DNA of 64,000 nucleotides, taken from positions 148,552,001 through 148,616,000 of the forward strand of contig NC_058372.1 of the NCBI RefSeq assembly GCF_018350175.1, written 5' to 3'. Source of the stretch: Felis catus. Its lineage: Eukaryota. Below are positions 60,353 through 64,000 of the stretch, in pieces. The position numbers were made by a program, and so were the translations under genes. The notes below the pieces were generated by a model that had not been told where the DNA came from, did not search any database, and saw only the letters and a list, made by a program, of their open reading frames with translations. The first letter of the stretch is position 1, and each line of letters opens with the position of its first letter.

Positions 60353-61299
60353 GGTGCTTTGGGGTTGTAACATTTGGATGGTCCCCTCCTTGGTCCACGA
60401 GGAGCTAGTTCTGAGTTTCTCCAAGGATGCAGCTGAGAGTTGCAGAGGGAAGAAATCCAGCGTTTTCACACTGTCCCGCAATGCAGCGTGGCGCGCCGGG
60501 TGGCCTCAGCAGCCTCGAGAGAAACCAGCTCAGCAGGTGCAGCTCCCGGCCACGCCGATGGTGGGACAGGTGCTTTAGAGGTGGCCCGGGGACAGACCCG
60601 CCAGCAGACCCTGGCCTGCCTCTCAGATGACCCAGGGTTGTGTGGGGACAGCAGAGCCTGAACCAGAGGAGGAGAGGGAGAGAAGTCTCCTACGGGTCTT
60701 TAGGGCCCAGTGACTCCAGGTGCGGGCTTGGCACCAACAGCCCTTCCTTCCATTCCCTGGCCCTCTGCCCTTCTCCAGCTGGTGACATCCGTAGACACGA
60801 GCGCATACGCCCCTGTGTTGAGCGCCAAGTTAACTGGACAGACAGTTGGCTGGATCTATTTCACCCTGATGCGTGCCACTTAGTGTCAGGGCTTCCTGAG
60901 GGGCAGCGATGTGTGTCTGCCTATAAGAAATGACCCTTGGGTTAAGTGCAGGCAGGGCAGTGATTTCCAGCAGCATCCTGCGGAGTTCTAGGGCTGGGTA
61001 GAGGCATCCAGCAGCGCTGGGAAGGGGAGGGGAGGGGTGCCGGGCCTCCCAGTTCAGGTCAGAGCTTCGCTGCTTTACTGTGATTAGTTCTCCCCGCTGA
61101 CAGTGTGCACGGATTTGATGAAGGACCCCATCTGGGGAAGGAGTCAAATAAAGTGAAGAAGGAATTCGTGCCTGTGTTCGTGGAACAGATGGGTGGGGTA
61201 ACTGTATTCCAGGCTCCCTTCCAGGTGCATGAGAGTCACCCATGAACAAAATAAGCTATAATTCTTAGACTTGGAGAACTTGCGTTCTATTGGCTGAGG

Positions 61300-61890
61300 A
61301 ACATACGATCGAGGATAATAAGTGAGAAAAACAGATATTATGATAGAAGGCAATCTATGCTTTGAGAAAAAACCAAATACAGGAGTATGTAAGGGTAATA
61401 GAGTAATGGTGGGCTTTACCAAGGAGATGGCAAGCATTAAAGCAGGATTGGAGTTGGTGAAGGAGTTGGTAATGTGGGGGTGGGGGGTGCAAAGAATGTT
61501 CCAGTTACGAGGAAGAGCCAGAGACTGGGACATGAAGTAATTAGGAAACCCTGCAGGTCATGGCAAGGATTTCAGTTTTTACTTGGAAATGGAGGCCTAG
61601 CTGTTCCTTTTTGCACAGAAAAATGACAGAATCTGGCATGCGTGGGAGAAGGATCTCGTGGGCTACAGGGTGGAAAACGGACTGGTGGGGGCAGATGGGG
61701 GCAGCAGGGAGGCCAGCGTGGAGACATCGCAGAAACCCCAGTGGGGGGTGAGGCCACCCAGAGCAGGGTGGTAGTGGCAGGAATGATAAGATGCTGTCGT
61801 ACCCTGTGTATATTTCGAAGGCGGAGCCCAGAGGATTTCTGTGAGCTTCGATGTGGGATGTCATGGGAGCAGAGGGTGATGCTAAGGAAA
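61300..61890 (-). mobile_element. Decayed L2 fragment
   Basis: CATGGCAAGGATTTCAGTTTTTAC, GCAGGGAGGCCAG and GCAGGGTGGTAGTGGCAGGAATG..ATATTTCGAAGGCGGAGCC resemble antisense L2. Confidence 0.7.
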
Positions 61891-61949
61891 TAAAATCGCA
61901 GTGGGAGCGTCTTACGGGGAAAATGCAAAACCTGGAAAGTAACACACCA

Positions 61950-62880
61950 AATCTGAAAAGAACCAGAAATCAATTCTGGATTTTAAAAACGCATTGATCA
62001 CAAGTAGGAAGTCAGTGGGTGAGTTTAAAAGTTTAAAGTCAATGGACAGACACAGCTGAAGAGAAATTATTAAAAAAGAAGATTCATCAGGAGAAAGTGT
62101 CCAGAATATGACACAGAGTGATCAAATATGGGGCAAATTTTAAAAGGAGGTAGGGTGTATTAAAGAGGTATAAATGTTTTGTGTTTTAATCCCCCAAAGA
62201 TAGAAATGATTCAATGGGAGAGAGGCAACAATTGACAATTGAAGAGAGAACGGTGGATGGTTTCCCAGAAATGATGAAAGAAATCAATCCACAGGTTCAG
62301 GAAACCCAGAGAGTATCAAACAGGATAAAGAAAAGATGTCCTCGCCTAAACATAACATGGAAAGAGAAAGTAGCCGAAGAAGAAAAAATGGGCTATCTTC
62401 ACAGGGTCCCAAAACTGAGCACTGAATTTCCAGAAAACTGAGACAGGAAGCCTGAAGACCGAATGGCATCCTCAGCGAGAGTGCCGACACGAAATCCCGG
62501 GCAACCTCCAGCGGCGACGAAAAGAAGGGACACATCATTCAAGCAGTGGCTGATATGGTTTGTCACCACAAGGCCACAGTAAAAGAAATCCTAAAGAATG
62601 TGCTTGAGGCAGAAGGAAAGTGGCCCAGAGGGAAAGACGGAGATGCCTGAAGGAATAAAGAGAAAAGAAAGAGACAAACGTCGGAGTAAATCTAAATTAA
62701 CCTTGCCTTGCTAGTACAAAAAATAATAATGTATTATGGGGTTAAAACATAGAATTAAAATGTATGAAGATAATACCGTGTATGGTGTGAGCAGGATAAA
62801 TGGAATTGAAATATTCTAAGGTCTATTTTATTTTCTGGGGAGGGATAAATTTATTGATTAACGTTAGCTTGTGACTGGAT
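61950..62880 (+). mobile_element. Ancient L1 ORF1 remnant (L1M or HAL1-like)
   Basis: ORF 62214..62441 FPEMMKEINPQVQETQRVSNRI resembles L1 ORF1 NFPNLxKDIxxQIQEAQRTPNRI; A-rich coiled-coil-like region upstream. Confidence 0.8.
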
Positions 62881-63384
62881 ACAGATGAATTCTGTCCTGT
62901 CAGAGGGAACATTTCAGTTCCCTCAGTCAGAGGGGAATATGGGAAATTCTACACTTGGTCTAAAAGGCATCCACCCAGAAGTATTATTATTTAACTATTA
63001 CCCCATGCACCCATAACTAATCTCAAACTAATGTTATCTCAAGAGCCCACCAATTCCTTCTCCGTTAGTCATCACATCTGCATGAGGACTCGTAAGTTTG
63101 GGAGAGAACTTTCAACCTCAAATACTAACATACATATTGGAGGAAGTCTTGGAGGGACAAAAGCCAGTTCCCACTCGGCTTTGGGCAATGGTCAGTTAAA
63201 GGTATGGCTTATTTGAAAAATCTCTGAATGGATCAAGGTGCCTCAATACATCTTTCTGTGGACAAAATGGCGGAAGAGAAAGGAAGTTAAGGGTGTGACG
63301 TCCTCACTAAAGTGTGACAGGGTCAAACCACCTCAGCTGAAAGAGAGAGACAGAGAGACATGGCCATGGGAAGACTAAGGACTG

Positions 63385-63560
63385 AGCAAGCAGGAATCAT
63401 GGAGCGTGTCAGCTCTGCGAGGGCTTTGACTTTAGACTTTATCTCTTTAGAGCCCTGCAGAGCCAACTGATGGAGTGTGTGGGTTAGAGGGATGACAAGA
63501 CCTTACTCACATTTTTAAAGGGTCTCTGTGGCCACCGTATTGAAGAGAGCCCATGGGGAA
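63385..63560 (-). mobile_element. Decayed L2 fragment
   Basis: GACTTTATCTC..GAGCCAACTGATGG..ACATTTTTAAAGGGTCTCTGTGGCCACCGT resembles antisense L2. Confidence 0.55.
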
Positions 63561-64000
63561 GTGGTTTGTGACAACAGCCACCACGTGAAGCTGCCTGGAA
63601 TCGTGGACAAGAAGCTATCCTAGACATTTGAACTACAATCCACATTGTTGGTGGGTTAATCCTTCATAGCGTTATTCAGGCGAGAGCTAGTTGTGTTTGC
63701 TGGAAAGGAAACTGAGAAGGGGAATTTCTTTCACATCACCATCCCGTTCAAGTCACAAGGTACTGAAGAGTCGCCATGTTGGCACCGGAAGTCAGTGGTC
63801 ACTTGGCCACGAAAAGGTAATTTTGTTTAAAATTCTTTTGTTTTGTTTGGGTTTTGTGGTTGGATTTCCGTGTCATTTGCAGTTCCTGAGTACGTGGACT
63901 GTGTTGTCATCAGAGAGTGGGACATGAGCTACGTTGTTGGGCACAGATTCACTCAACATTTGCAAGCGAATGTCCTGGGCACAGTTTTCCCCCAGATCTG

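Noticed and set aside
1-64000. A novel multi-gene system, CRISPR array, operon or prophage
   Set aside because: The DNA is mammalian and non-coding. The recurring ~200-bp repeats are dispersed SINEs with individual TSDs, not a repeat-spacer array.
1-64000. Conserved microRNA hairpin (miR-34a, miR-29, let-7, miR-193b/365 considered)
   Set aside because: No mature sequence found by eye; a miRBase/Rfam scan would be needed to exclude others.

Overview
This is mammalian, non-coding genomic DNA from a felid, most likely domestic cat or a close relative. The assignment rests on about 35 tRNA-derived Can-SINEs, five of which carry diagnostic positions of the young Felis-type SINEC_Fc subfamily. The window also holds decayed L1, L2 and MIR fragments, two MLT1 (MaLR) solo LTRs and several microsatellites. 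I find no protein-coding exon that I can support: the ORF track is explained by repeats and GC-rich sequence. There is no rRNA, tRNA or CRISPR array. The main non-repeat structure is a large CpG island at about 37.1-40.4 kb containing a TATA-like element, TCF/LEF-, MEIS- and CTCF-like motifs and well-formed minus-strand splice signals, including a 55-nt exon candidate at 38420-38474. Smaller CpG-rich, promoter-like patches lie at about 5.3-6.4, 23.0-23.8, 55.2-56.6 and 58.1-58.9 kb. This fits the 5' regulatory region and first intron(s) of a minus-strand gene or lncRNA whose body lies left of the window; I cannot name the gene. The clearest hidden feature is a 29-nt tailless U6 snRNA retrocopy with target-site duplication at 9195-9223. 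I do not see evidence for a novel biological system. Repeat subfamily names and boundaries were assigned by eye and are approximate unless a TSD is quoted.
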